NCBI GenBank assembly: GCA_039188945.1
Contig: JBCCYW010000006.1
Span: forward strand, 1-47,945
DNA: 47,945 bases
Origin: Patescibacteria group bacterium
GTDB lineage: Bacteria; Patescibacteriota; Minisyncoccia; Phycocordibacterales; UBA918
Direction: 5' to 3'
Part shown: one piece after another, positions 1 through 8,900 of the stretch
Numbering within the stretch: the stretch's first letter is position 1
How the letters are laid out: each line of letters starts with the position of its first letter
The notes under the pieces: generated by a model
Told to the model about the DNA's origin: nothing
Seen by the model: only the letters and a program-made list of their open reading frames with translations
Database searches by the model: none
Position numbers and translations under genes: made by a program

Positions 1-313
1 CACCCCCCCGCCCCAATACGATATCACCTACTTCCAGCGGAAATACTCGCGACTGATTGTTAAGCATCACCCGTACAGCCGCCCGATTACCTCGCGACAC
101 TTTCTCCGAACCACCCCAAATTAAGTCTTCCCCTTTCTTGCCGCGCATCGACTTCACCGACTGCTCACCCAACACAAAGCGAAACGCTTCAGCCACGTTA
201 CTCTTGCCCGAACCATTAGGACCAACAATCGCCGTAATTGGCGCTGAAAATTCTAATTCCCCTTTTTTAGCAAATGACTTAAAGCCATTGATCGTTAACT
301 CCTTAAGATGCAT
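1..313 (-). CDS. smc: SMC-family chromosome segregation ATPase, N-terminal part (runs off the window start)
   Basis: Not in the ORF track. Manual translation from the ATG at 313 gives MHLKELTINGFKSFAKKGELEFSAPITAIVGPNGSGKSNVAEAFRFVLGEQSVKSMRG, with the GFKSF and Walker A GPNGSGKSN signatures. Confidence 0.93.
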   Translation of the reverse strand, partial: MHLKELTINGFKSFAKKGELEFSAPITAIVGPNGSGKSNVAEAFRFVLGEQSVKSMRGKKGEDLIWGGSEKVSRGNRAAVRVMLNNQSRVFPLEVGDIVLGRGG

Positions 314-321
314 TAAATCAA

Positions 322-978
322 CTAACTACCACTTGAGGTGGTATTACCTAAGCAGCCACCGCCCGGACTGTACACTGCATAAGAGGCATAACCGTCACTA
401 TCTGAATAGACAGAGGAGTCACTACTGTCTGGCTGCGGACAAAAGAAACCACTTCCCGTTGGACACGACAGCGGACAACGAGCAAACTCGTCTCCTGGCT
501 GTACTCCAGTATCCTGACTAGCTCCTTCTGCGCACCGCTCAGCTCTCAGCTTATAACTACTACCGTCCGGCGAGACCAAATACCAAAACACGCACTGATC
601 ATTTTGTGAATCTGAATAGCTCGGCAGAGAATCAATGTACTCCGGGACCAAACCACCCATCCAATCACGACAACTGATCTTGTTAGGTAAGTTAATGGTG
701 TGATCACTCGTCGCGACAAAGGCTGTGTTGCTTACCTGACAGTTACTACCTAAACCACCAATATCAGTTGCGCTGGGTACTGGATACGCTCCATTTTGCG
801 CTCTATAAAGCTCAAGCGCTAACTGCAACTCTTTCAACTCACTCTGCACTGCTTTATTGCGAGCATTTTCTCGCGCCTCTTCAAAGCTCGAATAGACAAT
901 GGCCACCAAGATCGAAATAATCACCAGTACCGTCAAAATCTCGATGAGAGTAAATCCCCTACTTAGATGTGATCTCAT
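322..978 (-). CDS. type IV pilin / pseudopilin
   Basis: Class III signal G|FTLIE, hydrophobic helix, ALELY...GAYP motif, Cys-rich C-terminus. Confidence 0.9.
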   Translation of the reverse strand: MRSHLSRGFTLIEILTVLVIISILVAIVYSSFEEARENARNKAVQSELKELQLALELYRAQNGAYPVPSATDIGGLGSNCQVSNTAFVATSDHTINLPNKISCRDWMGGLVPEYIDSLPSYSDSQNDQCVFWYLVSPDGSSYKLRAERCAEGASQDTGVQPGDEFARCPLSCPTGSGFFCPQPDSSDSSVYSDSDGYASYAVYSPGGGCLGNTTSSGS

Positions 979-1032
979 GTTCTTCTTATACTATCACCAG
1001 CTTTAAGACTCCACACAGCAACTGTTAACAGA

Positions 1033-1614
1033 TTAGACAGAGGTCAAATTGATCGCAAATGGGTAGTGCGGCTCACTGGTGTTGCCATTGAAGTTATACC
1101 AGCCGTCGTTATTGCTTCCACTATCGGGACAAACGGTGTCTCGATTTGAATTGTCTTGATTTTCCATCTGGGTCCAAATTAAAAACTGCGTTCCACCGAC
1201 TGGAGCCCCACAATCATGCGCATTGAAATAGAAGTAGAAATCCTCACTGTCTGCCCCCAGAGGATCGACAATGTCTTGCGAGACGGTTTCAAGAAAAAAA
1301 GTACTAAGTTCCGTCGTGACACTGCAAGCCCCAGAGAACGGTGCAAAATTTGCAACCCCATTTACCACCTGAATCCGTCCGCCGCCATCACACTCTGCCT
1401 GCGTCGGTAACCTTCCCTCAAGCGAGAGATACAACTCAAACACCTGAGTGATTTGGCGAAGCGTGTCTTGTCGTTTGGTGTCGCGTGCATTTTCGCGAAA
1501 AGCATTCACTGTTACTAGAATAATCGATACGAGAATGGTGATAATAGTGATTACCACAATCAACTCCACTACGGAATATCCTTTTTTATAGCCTGACGCT
1601 TTTCTAGCTACCAT
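1033..1614 (-). CDS. type IV pilin / pseudopilin
   Basis: KKG|YSVVELIVVITII...ARDTKR. Start placed at MVARK (1614), which overlaps the upstream stop. Confidence 0.85.
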   Translation of the reverse strand: MVARKASGYKKGYSVVELIVVITIITILVSIILVTVNAFRENARDTKRQDTLRQITQVFELYLSLEGRLPTQAECDGGGRIQVVNGVANFAPFSGACSVTTELSTFFLETVSQDIVDPLGADSEDFYFYFNAHDCGAPVGGTQFLIWTQMENQDNSNRDTVCPDSGSNNDGWYNFNGNTSEPHYPFAINLTSV

Positions 1615-2279
1615 GGTGTCGCACAAGTTACGATCTCGGTGTAGTACTCAACCTCTCGGTCAGTATCACCTTCTGCAAACCCGCCACTCATCGCATAACT
1701 ACTTGCGACATTAGCTGTATTAGTACACCCTGCTGGAGTATTGCCGGCAGTTCCACTTGGGCCTGACGGAACAAAGTTACAGGGTCTGGTACTCACATTT
1801 GTGTAGCCACAGACAGCTAGTTCGTCGAGATTCGCTAATGCGGCTTGCGTAAAATTCAGTACAACTTGGTTTTGTTCTACCGTCCTGGCGACGATAATCT
1901 TATAGGCAGTACCGTCGGTATTTGTGAGGTACGCAAAACCTGAATCTGTACCATTGAGACGAGGATCACGAGGCAAAGCGGCAATGTAGTCTGGGGCCAG
2001 ACCAGTAACGTACTCTTCAGTGGCAGTACCACACGCATAATCAGTACCTGGTTCCCCAGACCAGTTAGTACCATTACAACCAGCTGGATACCGTCCGTTA
2101 TCACGGCGATAATTTTCAACCGCAGCCTGCATTGCCCGTAACTTAGCCTCCCGCTCAGCGTCACGACCAACCTCTCGAGCATCATTAACCGAGAAAATAC
2201 CAATACCCGCCAGTATGGAAACAATGGTAGTGACCACAAGGATCTCTACCAAGGTAAAACCCCTGCCATGCTCTTTCAT
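1608..2279 (-). CDS. type IV pilin / pseudopilin
   Basis: MKEHGRG|FTLVEILVV...GRYP...LPRDP. Start moved to 2279, 7 nt after TGCTACAAT. Confidence 0.9.
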   Translation of the reverse strand: MKEHGRGFTLVEILVVTTIVSILAGIGIFSVNDAREVGRDAEREAKLRAMQAAVENYRRDNGRYPAGCNGTNWSGEPGTDYACGTATEEYVTGLAPDYIAALPRDPRLNGTDSGFAYLTNTDGTAYKIIVARTVEQNQVVLNFTQAALANLDELAVCGYTNVSTRPCNFVPSGPSGTAGNTPAGCTNTANVASSYAMSGGFAEGDTDREVEYYTEIVTCATPW

Positions 2280-2326
2280 TACGTCTATTGTAGCAACTAA
2301 CGACTGGCTAGCGAGCGGCTTTCCAC

Positions 2327-3034
2327 TTACCAACCTTTGTTCTCAAACGCTTTTTCGGCAGCGTCTTGCTCAGCTTCTTGTTTGGACCGTCCCTTACCTT
2401 CGGCAACTTTTTCACTCCGCAGGAATACGCCGACTGTAAACACTCGATCGTGGTCTGGGCCATCTTGTGAAAGGGTTTCGTAGGTTGGGGTCACTGATAC
2501 ATGTTCTTGGGACGCTTCTTGAAAACGACTTTTTGGGTCTTGCCACAGTTTCTTCTCCACAATCCGCTCAGTATGCTTAAAAAGATTATCAGCAATAAAA
2601 CCAGCTGCCACGTCGTAGCCCTGATCAAGATACATGGCACCCACAAATGCTTCGAAGGTATTGGCAAGAATATACTGCCGCGCCCGACCCGTATCTTTAC
2701 TCTCACCCTTAGACATTAAAAGGTATTGGTTGATATTAAGCTCAGCTGAGGCATTGGAGAGTGAGACGGTATTAACCAGCGCTGCCCGAATGGCAGTCAG
2801 CTCTCCTTCTGGTTTTTCAGGATACTTCTTAAACAAATAGTCTGTTACCACCAGCTCCAAAACGGCGTCACCCAAGAATTCGAGACGTTCATTGTGATCT
2901 TGTTTGGCTTCACGATGCTCGTTGAGATATGAACGGTGAGTCAGTGCCGTCAACAAAAGATCAGTGTCGCTAAACTGCACCTTGAGAATGTCTTGCACGG
3001 CCGCTAAATCGGCTTCTATATTTCGTTCTTCCAT
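2327..3034 (-). CDS. rnc: ribonuclease III
   Basis: HNERLEFLGDAVL signature and C-terminal dsRBD (SKQEAEQDAA). Confidence 0.98.
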   Translation of the reverse strand: MEERNIEADLAAVQDILKVQFSDTDLLLTALTHRSYLNEHREAKQDHNERLEFLGDAVLELVVTDYLFKKYPEKPEGELTAIRAALVNTVSLSNASAELNINQYLLMSKGESKDTGRARQYILANTFEAFVGAMYLDQGYDVAAGFIADNLFKHTERIVEKKLWQDPKSRFQEASQEHVSVTPTYETLSQDGPDHDRVFTVGVFLRSEKVAEGKGRSKQEAEQDAAEKAFENKGW

Positions 3035-3067
3035 AATGTAAATCTATTGCTGAAAACCTAGCACACC

Positions 3068-3967
3068 CTAGCTGCGCTTGCCAACCAACATGGTTACCGC
3101 CTTAGTGACAATCGGGAGGATATCTTCGTAGAAGTTAAGATCGAGGATGTCAGCCACCTTAAACCACTGTGCATCATCAAGGCCACCTTTTTGTTCGAGT
3201 ACTAAGTCTTTGTACTCAGCTTTAGCTAAAAAATATGATACCTGCTTGCGGATCTTACCTTCCTCGGGATGCGAGGCGACGTATTCGTTCTTACCAAGCT
3301 CAGCTTCGATGTCTATATCTAAGCCAGTCTCCGCTTTAATAGCTCGCATTGCCCCCTCTTCAATTCCTTCACTTTCTTCGATCGACCCCTTTGAGAGGGT
3401 CCAGTGTCCAAAGATATCATGTACGAGCGCGAGGTACATCTCGCCGTCATGCTCTGCGTACACGACCGCTCCAGCCAAGCGCTTAATGGGCATTTGATCA
3501 AACGGTACGTCTTTCTTCTTTTTCTTGCCCGTTTCGTCTTTACCTGGCTCACCGATCTCTTTATAGACAGCACCCAAGACACCGTTCACAAACCGACTAC
3601 TGTTATCACCTCCAAACTGCTTGGCTAACTCAATCGCTTCGTTAATAGCTACTTTGGCTGGCACTTCTTTGCGATCAGCAAACAGGAGCTCGTAGAGCCC
3701 TAACCGTAAAATATTGCGATCAACTGGTGAGATGCGGTCAATTGGCCACTCGGGAGCGGCTTTGGTAATAACAAGATCGAGCTCTGATTGCTTCTGCATG
3801 ATCCCGTCAAGGAGTTTTTGCATGAAAGGTAAGTCGGTTTTGTTGGGTGCAAATTCAGAAATGTTGCGCTCGAGTACGTCATGCACCTCTTTTTTTTCTA
3901 TCGCATTAAGATCCCACTCGAAGAGTGATTGCAACACGATTGAGCGTGAGAGATGTCTATTTGCCAT
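3068..3967 (-). CDS. nusB: transcription antitermination factor NusB fused to a C-terminal Nudix-fold domain
   Basis: DRNILRLG...VAINEAIELAKQFG...FVNGVLG, followed by a degenerate Nudix box GSIEESEGIEEGAMRAIKAETGL. Confidence 0.95.
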   Translation of the reverse strand: MANRHLSRSIVLQSLFEWDLNAIEKKEVHDVLERNISEFAPNKTDLPFMQKLLDGIMQKQSELDLVITKAAPEWPIDRISPVDRNILRLGLYELLFADRKEVPAKVAINEAIELAKQFGGDNSSRFVNGVLGAVYKEIGEPGKDETGKKKKKDVPFDQMPIKRLAGAVVYAEHDGEMYLALVHDIFGHWTLSKGSIEESEGIEEGAMRAIKAETGLDIDIEAELGKNEYVASHPEEGKIRKQVSYFLAKAEYKDLVLEQKGGLDDAQWFKVADILDLNFYEDILPIVTKAVTMLVGKRS

Positions 3968-4035
3968 ACTAATGTACTTACCTAATCTGATGTAAGATTA
4001 CCATACTGTACTTCGTCGAAAGATCAGCCTATCCC

Positions 4036-4064
4036 CAAAAAACCTCGCCTGAAGCGAGGTTTTG
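4036..4064 (-). terminator. intrinsic terminator after rpmF
   Basis: AAAACCTCGC-ctgaa-GCGAGGTTTT hairpin with a U tract on the minus strand. Confidence 0.75.
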
Positions 4065-4066
4065 GT

Positions 4067-4375
4067 TTATTTCTTATCGTCTTTCACCTCCTCAGGAGTC
4101 TGTTCTGAGATTTCTTCAGCTTCAGTTGGTGCTACCTGGTCTTGCTGAGCGCGGATCATATCGCGCTTGGCCTGCAGGCGAGCCTCTCGCTTTTCGCGCT
4201 GCGCTTTGAGGTCAATCACCATTCGACCTTTATAAAAGCCACATTCTAGACACATGTGGTGTGGTCGGTGCTTCGCGCCACAGTTAGAACACGTTGAAAG
4301 CGCCGGACTTTTTAGCCCGTGATGAGAACGGCGGTTAGCGGTATGTGCCCGCGTATGTCGCATTCGTACTACCAT
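4067..4375 (-). CDS. rpmF: 50S ribosomal protein L32 (Zn-binding type, C-terminal extension)
   Basis: RRSH...CSNCG...PHHMCLECGFYKGR. Confidence 0.96.
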   Translation of the reverse strand: MVVRMRHTRAHTANRRSHHGLKSPALSTCSNCGAKHRPHHMCLECGFYKGRMVIDLKAQREKREARLQAKRDMIRAQQDQVAPTEAEEISEQTPEEVKDDKK

Positions 4376-4417
4376 AAGTGGCCAGAACTATAGCAGAATC
4401 AGCCAAAAAGGCAAGAG

Positions 4418-4450
4418 AAAATGGGTCGCCCTGCCAAGGACGACCCGTTT
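4418..4450 (-). terminator. hairpin/terminator after the orphan ORF
   Basis: AAATGGGTCGCC...GGACGACCCGTTT. Confidence 0.6.
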
Positions 4451-4456
4451 GTTGAA

Positions 4457-4786
4457 TCACGCAGCTTTGCGCAATGATTGTTGCCCGGCAAACACATGTT
4501 CACCATATTCACAGAGCTGTCTCACGGAAATCATGTGAGCTTCTGGAACGTCAGTGAAACCTACACCAAGCATTTGTTTATGAAGACCAGCCAAGACTTG
4601 AGCATTGAGGCCACAGCCGCAGAAAGCGATCTGAACATCTCCCTCAGGTTGCACGACAACCTGATTGTTGTGTTGCCACCGATTTGGCAGTTGGCCAATC
4701 GCTTCTTCGAACACAGCATCTCCCTCGAATATTCGCAGACCACCAAGTGTTGCGGCAATTCTTTGCCATCTTTGTTCTTCAGTCAC
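4457..4786 (-). CDS. hypothetical protein
   Basis: Probable GTG start at 4786 after the purine-rich AAGAGGGA; followed by a hairpin. No recognisable family. Confidence 0.55.
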   Translation of the reverse strand: MTEEQRWQRIAATLGGLRIFEGDAVFEEAIGQLPNRWQHNNQVVVQPEGDVQIAFCGCGLNAQVLAGLHKQMLGVGFTDVPEAHMISVRQLCEYGEHVFAGQQSLRKAA

Positions 4787-4852
4787 GTAAGTTCCCTCTT
4801 TTTGTTGTGAAACCATATTGCTACATCGCAGCAATAGCCGGTAGTTTCTCAC

Positions 4853-5449
4853 TTATGTCAAATTTTTGCAATAGGTTGTCCTGTGTTCAACTGACAAACC
4901 CTTTTTCATAATCACCTCTCTGTGAGCTTGCGTGCCGTAGCCTTTGTGAATATGAAAGGCATATGGTGCGAATGACGGCTGCGCCGCAATTCGGGTCATG
5001 TACCGGTCTCTGGTTACTTTTGCCATAATCGACGCTAAACTGATCTCAGGCTCAGTCAGATCACCCTTAATAATTGTCTGCTGCTTGTATTCTCGCTGCG
5101 CTTTGAGCGACCCATCGAGTTTTATAAATACTTCTTTTGGGTCGAGTTTGAGGCGCTTGATCGTGCGCGCCATCGCCCTGGCGATGGCGCGCACGATCCC
5201 TTCCCGATCAATCACTTTGGCACTCACCATTGCCACTGTGTAATCCAGCTCACCCGCTTTTTTTAAGTGTTTTGCCATCTCAAAAAACTCTTCTCGCTTA
5301 GCCTCAGATAGCTTCTTGCTGTCAGTCACGCCCGGCAGTTTTGACTGCCAGTCAAAACTGCCGGGCACCACAACCACTCCTACTGCAACCGGCCCAGCCA
5401 AAGGACCCCTACCGGCTTCGTCGATTCCAACGTAAGATTTTATTTGCAT
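4853..5449 (-). CDS. rnhB: ribonuclease HII
   Basis: GIDEAGRGPLAGPV, DSKKL, ASIMAKVTRD, HKGYGT. Confidence 0.98.
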   Translation of the reverse strand: MQIKSYVGIDEAGRGPLAGPVAVGVVVVPGSFDWQSKLPGVTDSKKLSEAKREEFFEMAKHLKKAGELDYTVAMVSAKVIDREGIVRAIARAMARTIKRLKLDPKEVFIKLDGSLKAQREYKQQTIIKGDLTEPEISLASIMAKVTRDRYMTRIAAQPSFAPYAFHIHKGYGTQAHREVIMKKGLSVEHRTTYCKNLT

Positions 5450-5514
5450 AACTTTACCCTAAACTGTACATTACATTCAGTTATCATGTGCTCAACACGA
5501 TAAGGAGTGGTCCG

Positions 5515-5727
5515 ATGTATTATCTTCTATCTGTTCTTCTAACTCTCACAGTGGCAGTAGTCCAAGCAATAGCAATGAGACAAAGATACGTCCATGCTGA
5601 CGCAGGTTGGCGTAAGCTTCCTGAGTCACCACAGCATTACGATTTGTGGTGCAGAATATACTTGGTTCTTTCCGTGGTTTTGTTTGTCTTCTTGAGCACC
5701 GCCATAGCAGTCACTTTCCTGTCGTGA
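5515..5727 (+). CDS. small two-TM membrane protein
   Basis: TAAGGAG SD before ATG 5515, two hydrophobic segments, downstream terminator. Confidence 0.65.
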   Translation: MYYLLSVLLTLTVAVVQAIAMRQRYVHADAGWRKLPESPQHYDLWCRIYLVLSVVLFVFLSTAIAVTFLS

Positions 5728-5767
5728 CTCTTGTGAACACGTAATTTTACGAAAACTATTTAGCACC

Positions 5768-5796
5768 GCGCCTCCCTGAGGCGCATTTTTCTTTTT
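5768..5796 (+). terminator. intrinsic terminator
   Basis: GCGCCTC-cct-GAGGCGC followed by a T-rich tract. Confidence 0.7.
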
Positions 5797-5820
5797 TCAC
5801 TCAACACTCAAGTGAAGAAT

Positions 5821-5955
5821 GATGGCTGGCAAATGTTGCGGAGCCGTCTGGCATGGTTTCTGCCGACCCTTTAGGCGCGGAGCGCATCGGCAGAAGCAGA
5901 CGGCGAGCATAGGGCAAATCTTCGCCGGAGATTTGATCCGCGTTTGCCAGCTATC
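5821..5955 (+). repeat. branched palindromic element (three-way junction)
   Basis: Outer stem GATGGCTGGCAAAT/GTTTGCCAGCTATC plus GCGGA/TCCGC; arms GCCGTCTG..TTCTGCCGA/TCGGCAGAA..CAGACGGC and CAAATCTTC/GGAGATTTG. Confidence 0.7.
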
Positions 5956-5972
5956 GGCCGAGCGACACGATT

Positions 5973-5981
5973 TGCTATAAT
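5973..5981 (+). promoter_or_regulatory. extended -10 promoter, probably giving a leaderless dnaE mRNA
   Basis: TGCTATAAT ends 6 nt before the ATG at 5988; no SD. Confidence 0.7.
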
Positions 5982-5987
5982 GTTCGC

Positions 5988-8900
5988 ATGAGCTTGTCTG
6001 CTGACTTCATTCACCTCCACGTCCACTCGATGTACTCCCTTCTGAACGCTGTCCCAACTACCAAAGAGCTGGTAAAAGCTGCCAAAGCTGATGGTCAGGA
6101 CGCCCTGGCAATCACCGACGCTGGCGCCCTCTATGGTGCTATCGATTTCTACCAAGCGTGTATGAGTGAGGATATTAAACCGATTATTGGTCTCGACGCT
6201 TTTTTGGCTCCCCGCACTCGCTTTGATAAAGAACACCCCACCGACAAGCCGCGTAGTCGCCTGGTGCTTCTCGCTAAAACCTTTAAGGGCTACCAAAACC
6301 TGATTGAGCTGGTTACCCGCAGTAACATCGACGGCTTCTATCACAAACCACGATTGGACGGAGAAATTATTGAGAAACTAAAAGATGATTTGATTTGTAT
6401 CATCCCGTCTTTTGCCGGTGAGGTGGCCCAAGCACTCAAAGACTCCTTGCCCGAACGAGCCGCCGAACGACTTGATTGGTACAAGGGTGTATTTGGCGAT
6501 GATTGCTACCTGGAAATTTCACATCATCCAGAAATCTTTGGTCACAATGAGAACCAAGAAAAGATTAAAGCCTTAGCCAAAGAGACCAACACTCCGCTCG
6601 TCGCCGCTCACGATGTCTACTACATCAATCCCGAAGACCGCCTCGCCCGTGAGACGATGGTCAAAATCGGCACTGGTGGTGTGGTTGATACTGCGGCCGA
6701 TCATGACGGCGCTGAAGACTTTTCCTTCAAAACCCAAGCACAAATGAAAGAGTGGTTTTCAGATGTGCCTGAAGCAATAGCGAATACAGTAAAGATTGCC
6801 GAGCAATGCAATGTCGAGATCACCCTCGGTATGGATGCCTGGGTGTTCCCTGACTACATTATTGAATCTGGTAAAGAACCAGACGATGAGCTGCAAGTGA
6901 CTGCATATGAAGGGGTCACCTGGCGTGGTTTGTCGCTTGAGGATGAAGAAGTAAAAAAGCGCCTTGATTACGAACTCGATGTCATCAAGATGAAAGGCTA
7001 TGCCAAATATTTCTTGGTGGTAGGAGATTTGCTGCGCGAAGCTCGTGAGCGCGGTATTCTAACTACCATTCGAGGTTCGGTGGCTGGCTCACTCACCACC
7101 TATGTACTCGGAATTACCAATGTAAACCCGCTCGAGTACCGTCTCCCCTTCGAACGTTTCTTAAACCCAGAACGTCCGTCTGCACCCGACATCGACATGG
7201 ACTTTGCTGATAATCGCCGTGACGAAATTATTTCTTATGCGCGTGAAAAGTACGGTCATGACAAAGTCGCGCAGATTGGTACGTTTGGAACTATGATGGC
7301 CCGAGCGGCCGTGCGCGATGTGGCGCGTGCCTTGGGACACAGCTACTCGACTGGTGATCGGATTGCCAAGCTGATTCCTCTTGGTGCCCAAGGGTTTCCG
7401 ATGACCATTGACCGCGCGATGAATGAAGAGCCCGACCTAGCAACTCTCTATAAAAAAGACGCTGAGAGCCGGGAAGTAATTGACCTGGCGAAGCAAATCG
7501 AAGGGCGAGTGCGACACTTGGGTGTACATGCCGCCGGAGTGGTGATCTCGCCAGTGCCACTTAATCAATACGTACCAGTCCAGATCGACTCCAAATCAGG
7601 TAAGCAGGTAACCCAGTACGAAATGCACAGCGTCGGTGAAGATGGTACCGGCTTGCTGAAGTTTGATTTCTTGGGCATTAAGAACCTAGCGATTTTGGCA
7701 GACGCGGTGAAGCGCGTGAAAAAAATTCATAACGTCGATATTGATATTGAAAACATCCCCCTTGATGATGAGAAGACCTTTGCCATGCTGGCGCGCGGTG
7801 AAACCATGGGACTCTTCCAGCTTAACGGTTCTGGTATGACGGCGTTTTTAAAGCAACTCCAGCCAAGCTCCATTCACGACATTAACGCCATGGTAGCCCT
7901 CTATCGTCCTGGACCGATGGAATCAATCCCACAGTATATTGAACGTAAGCACAACCCAGCGCTCATTACCTTTCTTGATGAACGCATGGAGACTATTCTC
8001 GATCGTTCCTACGGTATCATTACCTATCAGGATGATGTGATGATGATCTCAATCGAGCTCGCTGGGTACTCGTGGCTAGAGGCAGATAAACTCCGTAAAG
8101 CGATGGGTAAGAAGATCCCGGAAGTGATGGCGGCAGAGAAAGATAAACTGATGGAAGGTCTTCAGGCCAAAGGGATGAGTGAGCAAAAATGTGAGCAGCT
8201 GTGGAAGCTGATTGAGCCGTTTGCAGCTTACGGGTTCAACAAAGCCCACGCTGCCTCGTATGGCCGCGTCGCCTACCAAACTGCCTACATGAAGGCTAAT
8301 TACCCGGTGGAATATATGTCGGCTGTTCTGACTGCTGATTCGGGTGATACGGAAAAAATTTCTGAGATTATTCATGAATGTGAACGGATGGAGATTGAGG
8401 TATTGCCACCAGATATTAATGAATCATATTCTGACTTCAGTGTTGTCCCACTGCAAAATCAAAACAGCGCCACCCGAGGTAGTCAGAACACCGCTAGACG
8501 AGGCGACGACGAGCAAGCGACTGAGTCGTATCGAGCATACGGTGAAGGAGAGGTGAAGGAGTCAACAAAGTCTAGTGGTGAATCTGGCTGGCGAGGCCGC
8601 ATACGTTTTGGGCTTACCACAATTAAAAACTTTGGTGCGGGAATTGCCGAGACCATCATTGAAGAGCGAAAAGCCAGCGGTGCGTATGAATCGATGCAAG
8701 ACTTCCTGTCTCGGGTGCATGATAAAAATCTCAATAAGAAATCACTCGAGGCGCTGGTGATGACTGGCGCGTTCGACATTTTTGAAGAGCGCGGCATGCT
8801 TTATGCCAATATCGATAATATGCTGGCGTACAACCGTGAACATGTGGCCGGCAAAGAGTCGAATCAAGATTCGCTCTTTGCCGGCCTGGGCGACTCCTCC

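Noticed and set aside
57-521. 154-aa plus-strand ORF
   Set aside because: Antisense shadow of smc and the first pilin; the minus frame carries the SMC motifs.
5871-6344. 157-aa minus-strand ORF, and the many similar antisense or overlapping ORFs in the track
   Set aside because: They overlap well-supported genes on the other strand or frame and have no motifs of their own.
8448-8597. Intein or self-splicing intron in dnaE
   Set aside because: Only about 50 codons, no C/S...HN intein termini and no group I/II intron hallmarks.
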